From positions 528,842 through 592,841 of the forward strand of contig JBNZDD010013567.1 of assembly GCA_050575255.1 (NCBI GenBank): DNA of 64,000 nucleotides, given 5' to 3'. Positions within the stretch are counted from its first letter, which is position 1, and the number at the start of each line of letters is the position of its first letter. The notes under the pieces were generated by a model, which made no database searches, was not told the DNA's origin, and worked only from the letters and a program-made list of their open reading frames with translations. Both the position numbers and the translations under genes were made by a program. Source of the stretch: Harriotta raleighana. Lineage: Eukaryota. Below, piece by piece: positions 49,111 to 61,140 of this stretch.

Positions 49111-50269
49111 TTTCCCCGACAGTAACATCAAAAACTCGTGCATTTAGCCAGGAATCAAAAACACAACCAGGGATAAAATGTGGTACAGTATTTGATATTA
49201 GCAGCAGGGTTAAGGAGGCCAGAGCAGTGAATAATACAAGAGGCCAGGTAGAGCGAGCGGTGCACTGTGAAGGTGTGAAACAGTCATTAGATACACAGAA
49301 CAGGTGGAGGAAGTGGCAGCTGAGCTTTCTCCTCTCTACCAGGTCTGAATATTGTATTATAAACAGGTGGTATTCACCTGTCAGATACAAGAGCACTGGA
49401 TTCTATAGGAAATTCAAGGTCCCTTTCAATTATAAATAAGGCATTCAGCAGGAAGAAAGGAAAATAGAGCTTGTCTCCATACAGGTATAAGGAATTGAAA
49501 TAACAGGTCAATTTTATCTAAAGGAACATTTTAACATTGATGTAACATAGAAAAGCCTTATCAGGCTATTGCTATTGCTTCCAGCACGGTAGATTTGATT
49601 GATCTTCAGGGTGGTAAGAGACTGAGGTTGGAGAGTGGCAACCTGCTTTTATTCTGCCGCTAACTGGTTTTATATTCATTCAGCTGTGCTGTGGCTCCAT
49701 TAAAAGCAGATCACAAAAAAAGGAAGGAGGTTTAGATTCTACTGAAGGCTGGAGAGACAAGGTCGTAGAAAGCAAGCCCCTATTTGCTCCAGCGCTGTAA
49801 CACTCACCTTGATGAACGTGGATAATAAAAACAAAATGGACTGCCAAACTCCTCAATGCCACTAAAAGGGAAAAAATGGGACTGGAAGCAATTCCCCAAA
49901 ACATTTAACCAACTTCAAAAAGTGAACCAAGGATAAACTGGCCAAAATAAAATGAGTCTTTAAGACCACCAGTGTGGGCCTATTAGTGCATGAGATCAGC
50001 TGGCAGTAGATGAAGGAGTCACCAGCGCCTCCAGTCTCTTGAGGTGTAACGTTGAGTTTACATGAAGAGGGCAGCTCCTGAAATATCTGAAGGCATTGTA
50101 TATACATGGGCAAAGTGAATGGTGGAATGTACAAGCTAGTGCTAATGGATACAAGTGTACATTGCGTGCGCCTGCTGAAATGCTGTCCGCAGGCGTGACA
50201 CTGTCTGACTTTATGCATTCAGAGATGTCTATCTGACTCCATGCCTAAAATATATTACACCCGTTGTCA

Positions 50270-50428
50270 TGGACGACTGTTTATGGGACACTACTGTGTG
50301 CAATTGGCTGCTGTATTTTGCCCACAAAATACAATCATTAAACTTTACTGTATATTCTGCGAAGTGCTTTGAGACAAATCAAAGACATGATAAACCACTA
50401 TAATCCAAGGTTTATTCATATTATTATG
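50270..50428 (+). mobile_element. SINE 3' half
   Basis: gactgtttatgggacactactgtgtgcaattggctgctgtattttgcccacaaaatac...gaagtgctttgagac. Confidence 0.8.
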
Positions 50429-51211
50429 GTCACTTTTTGCAGAGGGTAATACAATAGCCAGATATGCTTGCGATGGAGTCCGAGCAGGACTATAGAATAC
50501 GCAAGACATGATATTTATTCATCTCAAGTGTTGCAAAATTCTTTTGAAATGTGGCGCGCATTGTCAAAAACAAATTTATGACAGGGATTTTACTGACGTC
50601 AATGATAAAGTGAATTTAAATGTTGAAAAATAATCCCTTTTCGATTAACATGTATATGCTAGCTTCATCCCAAAGCATTATTGTTTGGTCAGGGAAGAAT
50701 GAGCTGAATCAGTGATACAATCTGCTTAGCAAACTGACCCCAGATGGATTACATGCTGGTGTGCATTTGGTTCAGGATGTCATACAGCCATTACCTCTTT
50801 AAACTCTACTAGATTTTTGTGTGTGTGTTTCTTCTTGGGTGGGGTTTGTTTCTAGTACCTCAGGGGATTTGAGAGCACTGATATGGAAACTTCTAACCTT
50901 TATGGTTGAAGGTCTGGTTCAACAGGACAGTGTAAGAATGTTTTTGTCTGTATCTTTGACCTTGTCGATGGCGCTCAGGCTGCTTCCTCTCAGTATCCCT
51001 ATCACCCTCTCCCCCGCTGCCCTCCTCCCCAGTTCAAACAATGCAGTGTTCCAGCCCTCAGGTGCTGCTGCCTATATCAGTGTGTCTTCCTTCTCTTCCT
51101 CAGGCATCACAATGAATGCATTGTGTAATTTCCCTGTTGTGGGTATTCCAGATGTTCTATGATCATCTATATGGAATACAAAAGCACATGTGACTGTGAC
51201 CTATGCAACTA

Positions 51212-51410
51212 CTACTAATAATAATCCTTGTATTTGAAAATGCTTCTCTCGTTGTGGATATCAATCAATCAATCAAAATTACATATATATAGTGCCTTTC
51301 ACATCGGGAGACCATCCCAAGGCGCTATATAGTCAAGTAAGGATCAGAGTGGGGGGGAGGGGTCAGGGGAAGAAAAGTAGGAAAAATTGACTGTATATTT
51401 GTGGGCGAAA
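51212..51410 (-). mobile_element. SINE tail interrupted by an L2 tail fragment
   Basis: (AAT)n-ccttgtatttg, then (TCAA)n-aaattacatatatatagtgcctttcacatcgggagaccatcccaaggcgct, then ttgactgtatatttgtgggcgaaa resumes the SINE. Confidence 0.6.
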
Positions 51411-51599
51411 TGAACACATGTGAACCATTTCTACATTTTAGGAGAATTGTTAAGTAATAAAGTATTAATAACTATACGTAGATGTGTGAATAATTTTACT
51501 TACAGCAATATTTTAAATCCAACAACTAGAACTTATTCTGCTGCTTACTCTTAGAGGCTTACAGAAATGGTGTGGGAACCTGAGCAAGGTGAAAAGCAG

Positions 51600-51710
51600 G
51601 GATTGGGATAAAGTGGTATGACCTAGGGATGGAGTAATGGCAATGAGAGATTTGAAGGTTCAGAAGGAAATCTTAAAGTCAATCCTCTGGCGGCCAGGAA
51701 GGCAACAGAG
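51600..51710 (-). mobile_element. L2 RT fossil
   Basis: Minus strand translates to LPGRQRIDFKI..TFKSL (cf. WLPxxxRIxFKIxxxTFKxL). Confidence 0.6.
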
Positions 51711-52769
51711 CATGTAACTCACTCCCAAATATCTGTTGTTATCTTGTAATGCATTGCACAGTGTCATCTGACATGTGTGAAAGTGAAAAAGAAATTGGTA
51801 AAAGAGAGATTTAGGTCAAAACTTTATGTTGTTATACTCCCAATATCAAGTATCTTAAGCATCTGGAGGAAGGTGACCTGCTCCCAGTCCCCATCTGTCT
51901 ATTGCTAACTGAGAAAAGCCTGAAGCAGTGTAAATGAAACCTGCATCCCACCACCATTGGTGCTTCAACACACTGTACCCAACATGGTGTATTTCACTAT
52001 TGGCTCATTCATTCCTTATTTATGGATGCTAGACTTCAAGCAACTTTTGTACAATCATTTCTTGCAATATGAATATGTTCCAAGTCATCTGCCAAGCCTT
52101 ACACTTGGCAATCAATGTAGTATGTAGTATGGTGGGCAATTCTATAGCTGTCAACTTTGGCCCAGTATTCGGAGTGAGATTTCTGATCAGAAAGATTAAG
52201 ATGTATTGCAAACCCATTCGAACATACAGTGAGATGCAATTTAAAGAAAACTGTCAAGACGGGAGGAAATGGGCTGGAGATTTACAACCACAGACGGCGG
52301 GGCAGATTACAGACTCATTCAGCCCGTGGAAGCGTGTTCACATGTGAGAGTGGCGTACATCAGCTGGGAGGGTCATCTCTGAACCAGGACGAAAGTCATT
52401 GCTGAGAGAGGTGCTAGGACCCGGGGCTGCCAGAAGAGAGAGAAAAAAAACAAGCTCCATTCTTGATGAGTGAGAGCTGACAGCTCCGCAACTTGACTGA
52501 CTCTTTCTTTGCACACACACACATTTATCTCCCCTCTAATACAGTAAAACTCGCACACTTCTGATCTCTCCGTGTAATTCGTATAATGACCTAAGTCATG
52601 AATCTGCCCGGGAACCCTTCAAGAGTTTCTATTCTATTACGTTTGACGTAATTCATACTTGGCATAAGTCCTACTCTTAAGTCATAGGGTCACAACTGAT
52701 ATGAGTTACGTGAGGTTTAGAGCAACAGGATTTGCTGTTTGCTTTGCAAAGTGGCAATGGTGTTAAGCA

Positions 52770-54057
52770 GCAGTGCAGAGAAGAGAGCAGTGCAGAGCGT
52801 GCAGTATAGTTTAGAGCAGCTGTGCAGACAATGCAGAGTACAGTACAGAGCAGCCGTGCCCTGCAGAGAGTGCAATATTGTATAGTACAGAGCAGCTGTA
52901 CGGGCATTGAAGAGAGTGTAGTATAGTGTAGAGTAATTATACAGGCAGTGCAGTGAGAACAGTACAGTATTGAGCAGCTGTACAGGCAGTAGAGAGTACA
53001 GTGTAGTATAGAGCAGTTATACAGTGCAGTATAGTATAGAGCAGCTGTACAGACAGAGCAGAGAATGCAGTATAATATATATAGTGCAGTGCAGTACAGA
53101 GAGTACAGTATAGTGCAGAGAGTATAGTATAGTATAGAACAGAGTGTACAGTATAGTCTACAACAGAGAGTATAGTATAGAATAGTGCAGTCAGTACAGT
53201 GCAGTATAGAACTTCAGTGAGTACAGTACAGTGTAGAGCTGCAGTGAGTACAGTACAGTATAATACAGTANATAGAGCAGTCAGTATAGTACAGTGTAGA
53301 GCTTCAGTGAGTGCAGTATAGTATAGTAATGTAGAGCTACAGTGAGTACATATAGTACAGTGTAGAGCTGCAGTGAGTACAGTACAGTGTAGAGCTGCAG
53401 TGAGTACAGTAGTGTAGAGCTGCAGTGAGTACAGTACAGTATAATACAGTATGAGCTGCAGTTAGTAGTTTTGAGCTGCACTGAGTACAGTAGAGATCTG
53501 CAGTCTGTACAGTACTGCAGTGAGTACAGTACAGCATAGAGCTGATCCAAGTACAGTATAGAGCTGCAGTGAATACAGTACAGTATAGTAGTCTAGAGTT
53601 GCAGTTAGCACAGTTTTGAGCTGCATTCAGGACAGTACTGCAGTGAGTACAGTAGAGAGCTGCACTGAGTACAGTACAGTAGAGAGCTGCAGTCAGTACA
53701 GTGCAGCAGTGCATACAGTACAGTGTAGAATTGCGGTCAGTACAGTACAGAGCTGCAGTCAGTACAATGCAGCAGTAAGTATGGTACAGTATAGAGCTGC
53801 GGTGAGTACAGTAGAGAGCTGCACTGAGTACAGTACAGTATAGCAGTGAATACAGTACAGTATAGAGCTGAGGTCAGTACAGTACAGAGCTGAGGTCAGT
53901 ACAGTACAATTCAGAGCTGAGGTCAGTACAATACAGTATAGAGCTGCGGTCAGCACAGTACAGTACAGAACTGCAGTCAGTACAGTATAGAGCTGAGGTC
54001 AGTACAGTATAGAACTGCAGTCAGTACAGTATAGAGCTGAGGTCAGTACAGTATAGA
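52770..54057. repeat. Minisatellite of (CAGTA)n modules with a ~22-27-bp higher-order unit CAGTGAGTACAGTACAGTRTAGAGCTG
   Basis: Directly visible tandem array that runs into an N gap, so its true length is unknown. Confidence 0.95.
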
Positions 54058-54306
54058 NNNNNNNNNNNNNNNNNNNNNNNNNNNNNNNNNNNNNNNNNNN
54101 NNNNNNNNNNNNNNNNNNNNNNNNNNNNNNNNNNNNNNNNNNNNNNNNNNNNNNNNNNNNNNNNNNNNNNNNNNNNNNNNNNNNNNNNNNNNNNNNNNNN
54201 NNNNNNNNNNNNNNNNNNNNNNNNNNNNNNNNNNNNNNNNNNNNNNNNNNNNNNNNNNNNNNNNNNNNNNNNNNNNNNNNNNNNNNNNNNNNNNNNNNNN
54301 NNNNNN
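54058..54306. other. Assembly gap (249 N)
   Basis: N run. Confidence 1.
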
Positions 54307-54436
54307 CCCCCCCCCCCCCCTCCACTGACCCAACCAACCCCCTTAATGACTTACTTCTGGTTTGAACTGTAGTAATGCTTCGGGGGGAGGCAGGTGTCTC
54401 TGTTCTGTTTGTCAGTCTGTTTGTGATCCGACAGAC

Positions 54437-54440
54437 AGAG

Positions 54441-54479
<39 letters not shown>

Positions 54480-54530
54480 GGATGCCTTTCTTGCAAGCGA
54501 ACGGGAGTGTGTGTGTGTGTGTGTGTCTCT
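54437..54530. repeat. (CA)n and (TG)n microsatellites in inverted arrangement
   Basis: agagacacacacacacactc...(CA)n...gagtgtgtgtgtgtgtgtgtgtctct. Confidence 0.9.
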
Positions 54531-54642
54531 CTATCAGTCCAGTGTTAGCTTAAATTAAATACCCCTCAGTATCACTGTACTGTACTGTACTTCTGTAGGT
54601 TTCTTGCATCGCAGTAACCATCTCCTTGTCTTGATGCTCTTG

Positions 54643-54799
54643 NNNNNNNNNNNNNNNNNNNNNNNNNNNNNNNNNNNNNNNNNNNNNNNNNNNNNNNNNN
54701 NNNNNNNNNNNNNNNNNNNNNNNNNNNNNNNNNNNNNNNNNNNNNNNNNNNNNNNNNNNNNNNNNNNNNNNNNNNNNNNNNNNNNNNNNNNNNNNNNNN
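54643..54799. other. Assembly gap (157 N)
   Basis: N run. Confidence 1.
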
Positions 54800-54939
54800 A
54801 TTCGTTTTATTAAGAACACTTTTTTGGGGGACTTTTTTTGGGGGGTGGGGTGGAGGGTGGGGGGGTGGGGGTGGGGGGGGTAGAGGAAACCTAGAACAAA
54901 AGTGGAGCTTGTTTGACTGTAGACTGGGGTGATGAGAAA

Positions 54940-55010
54940 ACACGATAAGCCGGAGGCTTGATCTAGGTCCTGATATAGATTGCCAAGTGCGATAACAGTT
55001 CTTATCAGTT
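54940..55010. promoter_or_regulatory. GATA-motif cluster, candidate enhancer or promoter element
   Basis: GATAA at 54944, TGATA at 54971, GATAA at 54991 and CTTATCA at 55001 within about 65 bp, with locally more CpG. Confidence 0.45.
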
Positions 55011-58000
55011 CGAACCAGACTGGAGAGGTACCGAGTTGGACGGTTTATACAAATACAAAGAAAGAAACGGCATTTTTTTTTAAAAAGAGAGAGAAAAAAA
55101 ACAAGAGACTGCTGATGTAATTGATTCCATCGTTAGCTATTAATGTGGTTGACTCCTTTACTTGAAGCACTGAATAGTTCATTAAAAACGAGGAGCGTGA
55201 AAGGCTCACTCAGATAACTTTTCTGTGTTTTTATTCACTCAGGCTACCTGGAAACAGGCAAAAGCTTCCTATTTTTCCAGCTAATTATCTTTGGTTAGGT
55301 ATAGTTTTTTTTTTTGGGGGGGGGGGAAACGTGTCTCTTTCCAGTTGTACAACAGTTTTCTAAATTGCGTTGATGTACTGATCATAACATTGGGACGTCG
55401 GATGTTTTTGCAGCTCGCAGTTCATTTTGAAGCTTGTTTTTATTCGTGTGAAAGAATACAGTGCATTGGATGAAGCTTGATTGCACTGGAACACATTGCA
55501 TTCTTTGCAAAACTTTGTTGCAATTGATCAAATACAGTTGACAGTTCTTTAAAAATGGAAGGCCTTTGGGTGATGGTTAGAGATTGTGTGAATCCTGTAC
55601 ACTATTTTAATATTATATGCTTTAAAAGAGGGTAGGCATTTTGCTCCCTTTTTTTTTCTTTTTTTAAAAAAAAGTCTCACGGTGGCTCTACATAAATATG
55701 TTTTGGTTTCCTTTCCATTAATCACATGGAATACTTCAGCAGTAACAATTCTTTAACACCCAATTGAGTTAGTTTCCAACACCTTTTATCAGTTTTATTT
55801 TCTGATTCAAGATAATGAAACGTGGTAGAGTAATTGTGGGTGGATTACTGTGGATCAGTAGAATTCAACAAAAAAAAGCCTCATCAGTGATTCATAATAG
55901 CTATTTATCAATTTTCATAGCTAATTTTTTTGTAAAATAATAATATTGCTTTCTGAGAAAAAATACTGTATTTCAGCAAATTTGAGACTCGACAAGTTAA
56001 AAGTTTACCAAAGTATCACAATTGTTGAAAATTCGACCCAATGATTTTGTTGAAAAAACATCCTGTGACAATTCAACAGCTGTTTTATGAATGTGTATCA
56101 GGACGCTGTTTTGAAACACATATATAGTGGATAAAGTTGATTGTAGAGTTTAATTTTAAACAACCTCACACCTTTTTGTAGCGAATATGAAGAAACAATG
56201 AAAATAAAGGAAAGAAACAAAACTGAACCTTCCTCCCACTAACTGATGCTTGCACAAGCAGAAAATATTGTTACTGATAACTAACTGGTAAAGTTGTCTC
56301 ATGCTTCACCGACAGTTCAATCAAATCATTGTATTAAAGTTGAGCTCATGAAGTGAAGACTCAACGACACTATACCTAGAATTTGTAATGCAGAACCAGC
56401 AGGACACTCCGCCCCCCCCCACTCCCCACCACCCAGTGTATTTTGAAAACAAATTTAAATTTGTTTTAGACAATCAGGATTTTACAACTTATAATATCTA
56501 CATTAAATCTATGGGATCGACCCCTCAAAATTAATCATTTTCCTCTGGGAAGAAAAAATTGGATCTCCAATGGAACAAAATTTTAGGCATTTACTTTGTT
56601 CAGCTTTACAGTACATTATTATTTGTAACATGAAATACTAGCGAACCTTCCCAGCATTGGACAAACAGTCTTATTTAAGCAACGGTTGTTCCCACTTTTA
56701 ATGTTCAAGCAGTGTGAAAATAAACTGAATGTTAAGTGTCACAGATGTAGTTATGCCAGTCATTCTTTCCCTTTACCCCCTTCCATATCTACACATTGTA
56801 TTTTGAACACTACAGCTTTTTATCCTGGAAACAATCGGGAAAACTTTAATAAAGTAATTAGAAAATGATAACCCATAATTTCATTCTCAATGGGGAAGTA
56901 TATTGCTTTCAGATTGAGTTCTCAATCATGAAGGCTGATTTCAGATTTTCCCTCATGGTTAAATTTCTGTGTATCTTTAATTGCATGGATACCGCTCCAC
57001 ACTTTGTATCGACTGAATGTTTGTGTCCCAATTTGTTCTTGTATACATTTTCAAGGGACAATTTTGCAATGTTTTACTATTCTAAACTTGTATCGAGGCA
57101 ATTGTTTTCATTTAGCTGCCTCTGTGAAATTGTTTTTAAAAATTGTTGCTGTTTTTTAATCAATTCCAAAATGGGGTTTTAATAACAAATCATTATTTTT
57201 ATGTGGCTTATAGCCATTATTATGAGAATGTCTTGTGTGAGCTGCTTCATAAAAGCTAGGGATGTAATGTACCTGGGATCTTGTGTTCTCTGTTAATGTT
57301 TACAATGTGGCCCTACATTTTAACATGTTTTTTTCTCTTGTTTTGTATCACATTTGTGCGATCAATTGTACAGAATTCCTATTTTTGCCTCTGTGTACAT
57401 TTTGATGTTCTACGTTTGTTTTCTTAATATCCTGGGTTCTTTTGCTATTTTTAAAAATTCATTATTTTTTTCTTTTCTTGAGTGCCCATTTCAATTCTGA
57501 TTTCTCTCTTCCCCGTTCTCTTTCTGCTTCGTCTCAGTTTCGCTGTCCTGCCTGTGTGGTTTTTCCGTCTTCATTTGGTCATTGCATTTTATTAATCTTA
57601 TTTTCTAACCTCTCATTAGCTGCATGCCTTGCAGCCATGTGTACTATTTTTTTTAAAAAAAAAACCTTTTGTCTCCACATCCCTCTTTAGTTCCATTCAT
57701 TGTTGTCGAACATCATGACTTTTCACTTTCTCCTCTCCATCTCAACATCTTTCATTCCACCCCCTTCCCTCTCTTTCATTTTCTGAGCTGGATAACACTC
57801 TCCTGGTATAGGCCTCTTGGGCAGGTTTGCTATATGATAATGCAGAAAGTTGAACTGGCCCCATTACTATGAAGAGATGGTTGCATTGATAAACTTTGAT
57901 AATGGTGCAGATAGCAAGTACTGAGCGACCAATGGCTGAGCCCTGTCTCCCATTAGCATTCCTCTCCAGTAATCTGTACAGCTCTGACAATCACTTCTCC

Positions 58001-58569
58001 ATTTCCACTCCTCCACTAGATAAGAATGGAAATACTGACTTCATGGGAGCTGATTAGGGTGTCTGGATTTCTCGATAATACCTTGATCAATTATGTTTCT
58101 TTTTCTAAGAGGGGGTGGGGGTGGGGGGGGGGGAGAGAAGGAGGGGTGTAGATTTAAAACTTCACATCTTTTTTTCCACCCTTCCTTGCGATGTTTTATT
58201 AAAGGACCTTCCAGTGTAAAAAAAGGAACTGTGATAAAGAGCAGAGATAAGGGTTGGACTGTTTTGTGTAGGAGTGCATATCAAATGTTATCTATCTCTT
58301 TTTTTCACTTTACTGAGCAGCCTGTTGTTTTTAGTCTTATCACACACAGTCCCACCAAAATGCCAGGAAAAAAAACCTGCTGGGTGATGACATTTCCCCC
58401 CCTCCCCCCCACCCCCAATTGTTTTTACATAAAATTAATTTGTTTAAATTAAGTCTACTGAAATGAGGCGAGTATCCTTGCAGAAAGATAGGATATGATT
58501 GACTGTCTGGGTGCTTGCAGGGGAGTGAACATACCATTTTCTAACCTTTTGGATTTTTAAAACAAAAAT

Positions 58570-58850
58570 GTTGAGGTTAGCAATGTTAAATGGGTTGGTT
58601 TCAGTAAATAAAGGTGTGTCAGACTTCGGAATCAACATGGTCCAAGGCACCTAGGTGTCAGACCAGACTTGCTGTCTAGGTAGATTAATGTCCTTATTAT
58701 ATTGTTCCTTGATGGTCTGCCTTGTTCAAAGAGCACAAATTCTGACCACATCTGGTCCTGGACACTGTCGTGTGAAGGTGGTTGTCTGGGTTTGTTGAAT
58801 AGTGTTTGTATTTTGGGTTTCGACTGATTCCTTGTTACTTTCACAAGCTC
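58570..58850 (-). mobile_element. Possible Penelope GIY-YIG region fossil
   Basis: Frame-broken minus-strand peptides KPKIQTLFNKPRQP, VSRTRCGQ, TRQTIKEQ, DSKSGL and LFTETNPF follow the order of Penelope endonuclease motifs. Weak. Confidence 0.28.
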
Positions 58851-59255
58851 TGCTGCTCAAGTCAGTGATTGATATGAAGCAGCCTCCTGCGCGCCTGCTG
58901 ACAGAATTAGAAGTTTATCCCTTCCTGATGGCTTCCATGTGTCTGTCTGCTCTAAAGTTTGCATGAGGTCATTCCTGGTTCAATAAGGGGTCCATCCTCC
59001 TTTGTGCGATTTTAGGGGTTCTCCCACCATTACCCCGATCCTTGGATTCAAAGACCAGAGGATCATACAACATGAACCGCATCGGATCATCTTTTTTCTA
59101 TTCTGTTCATTAGATTGGATGGATGGGCCAAGATACAGCTTTTAGCGCTATAATTCATAACCTGTGTGTCTGAGGAAAGAGCAAGTTACTTTCCGCTCTC
59201 AAGAGATTGACCCACTTGAAAGGATGATTTTAATAATAACCGTATTGCAGTTCAT

Positions 59256-59590
59256 TGGCTCAGTGGTTAGAGCACTCGCCTTACATGCCTTACAAGTGTG
59301 AGACCTGTGTTCGAATCCAGGCAGATCAGGGCGAAACGTTGGGCATGTTTCCTTACTCCACATGCCTAATAATAATCTCTCCAAAAATAATAATAATAAT
59401 AATAATAAAATTGGTCATTTCAATCTATGACTGTTTGTGGGACACTGCTGTGCGCAATTGGCTGCCGCGTTTCGCCCACAAATATACAGTCAATTCACTT
59501 TACAGTATATTCTGTGAAGCGCTTTGGGACGTTGATAAGATGTGAAAAGCGCTATATCAAATGCAAGGATTATTATTATTATTATTATTT
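59256..59590 (+). mobile_element. Young near full-length tRNA-derived SINE
   Basis: TGGCTCAGTGGTTAGAGCACTCGCC, GTTCGAATCC, CORE-like TTGGGCATGTTTCCTT, Deu-like TGTGGGACACTGCTGTGCGCAATTGGCTGCCGCGTTT, and tail GTGAAAAGCGCTATATCAAATGCAAGGA(TTA)n. CpGs are retained. Confidence 0.9.
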
Positions 59591-60939
59591 TTAGCTGTTG
59601 ACTTCAATGAAAATGAAAAGTTTTGTTTTGGGTGGAAAGTGTATGTGTAATGTAGATGGAGAGCACAGCCAGAGCCACCAGTTGTTATTTCATACATTGA
59701 GTGGAACTGATGAGTAAAGTGGCAAGTGTGCAATGTGTAGCACAAGTCAATGAGGTGCATCCAGAGTCTTATGCAGTAAAAGCATTCAGAAAGCTCGGCT
59801 TTGGATTGGGCAATCCTTCAATTTTATTATTCGAAATGCGTTGACTTGTGTGTAACAGGACCCTGCACTATTTAGTAATGNGTTGACTTGTGTGTAACAG
59901 GACCCAGCACTATTTAGTAATGATATCTATGCACCTTGTTGCTGTATTTCCTCATTNAACAGTTTGCTATTCGCGTTGACTTGTGTGTAACAGGACCCTG
60001 CACTATTTAGTAATGATATCTATGCACCTTGTTGCTGTATTTCCTCATTCTTTCAAGAGATTGTCTGCNTCTTTCGAGAGATTGTCTGCTCCAAGTCAAC
60101 TAACAGGGCAGAGAGTGATGTATAGAACCATGTTTGGGTCCACGTGCCAACCTGCAAAGTGCCAGTTTCAGTGAGATTTTGGACAGGCTTGTTGCGGTAG
60201 CCAATGGAAGAGGATTTGCTGCATATATTGTCCGCGTGGGAATTACAGCTCGTAACAAGAGAACACTTTTTCATCATCTGCGGAATGGATTTGTTTGATC
60301 CTAGGTCCCAGAGGTGAAATCACAGAGTTCTAACATCTTGTACTCTGTATTCCGCTCTGGACCGAAATACATTTAAGTAATTTGTGTTCATATTGTGTCA
60401 TATTGTGACTAAATCGGTAATGTATTCAATCAGGTATTACAACAATTGCTGAATTTATGGTCAATATTGTGACTGCTTGAAAATCCTCAGTACAATTTCA
60501 CAAGGCAGCTAGAACAAGGAATTATTTATTCATGCAGGAAACCAATAAATATCCAGAAAAGCTCACTTTGTTTTGTTGATGAACGGCATAATGGATTTCT
60601 GCATCTGTTTGCCTGTCTTCTCAAACTGATTCACTGACTGCTCTATGTAATGTAGACTAAGCTGCTCAACAAGAGTTGTGATATCTCTGGCAGACAAACT
60701 GATATTTGAGAAAAATATTACTCGACTGTTGCAACTGATGTACTTTACATTTTTTAAACAGGCAAATTCACAAAATATTCCTCAAAAGATTTGGTGATTG
60801 TATGTACATTGAAGATTTATATTTGCCTAAATTTATTTGGCCTAAATAAGGCACTAATCTTCTAAGTTTTATCCCGTTTATAAATTGATGAAAAAAATCA
60901 CAAATTTTCATGTGGTTACAGAAAGAAACTGATTAGGAT

Positions 60940-61140
60940 AATAATTAAATAAAAATCCTTGCATTTGACATGGCACCTTTCTTATTGATGGAGGGGGTGG
61001 AATGACGACGTTTCAAAGCGCTTCTCAGGATTTACTGTAAAGTTTAGTGGCTGTGCTTTGTAGACATACATGATGGGCAAATTGTACAGAGAAATAACAG
61101 ATGAACAGCCATGAAGTGACTGAACTGAACAGGCACTGAA
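60940..61140 (-). mobile_element. Old SINE 3' fragment
   Basis: aatccttgcatttgacatggcacctttc...acgtttcaaagcgcttctcaggatttactgtaaag. Confidence 0.65.

Noticed and set aside
52677-53956. Cys/Tyr-rich (YCT) ORFs resembling keratin-associated or metallothionein-like proteins, and a superficially CRISPR-like periodicity
   Set aside because: They are translations of the CAGTA minisatellite. There are no unique spacers and the context is eukaryotic.
53999-54943. ORFs spanning the N gaps
   Set aside because: They are artefacts of N runs lacking stop codons.
59256-59322. tRNA-like sequence (also at 3180-3246, 28930-28995 and 35050-35125)
   Set aside because: These are SINE heads with no proper acceptor stem and are attached to SINE bodies, so they are not tRNA genes.
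59838-60090. Triplicated ~41-76-bp segment gttgacttgtgtgtaacaggaccctgcactatttagtaatg
   Set aside because: The copies are separated by single Ns (59881, 59957, 60069), which is typical of contig-overlap or gap-closing artefacts.
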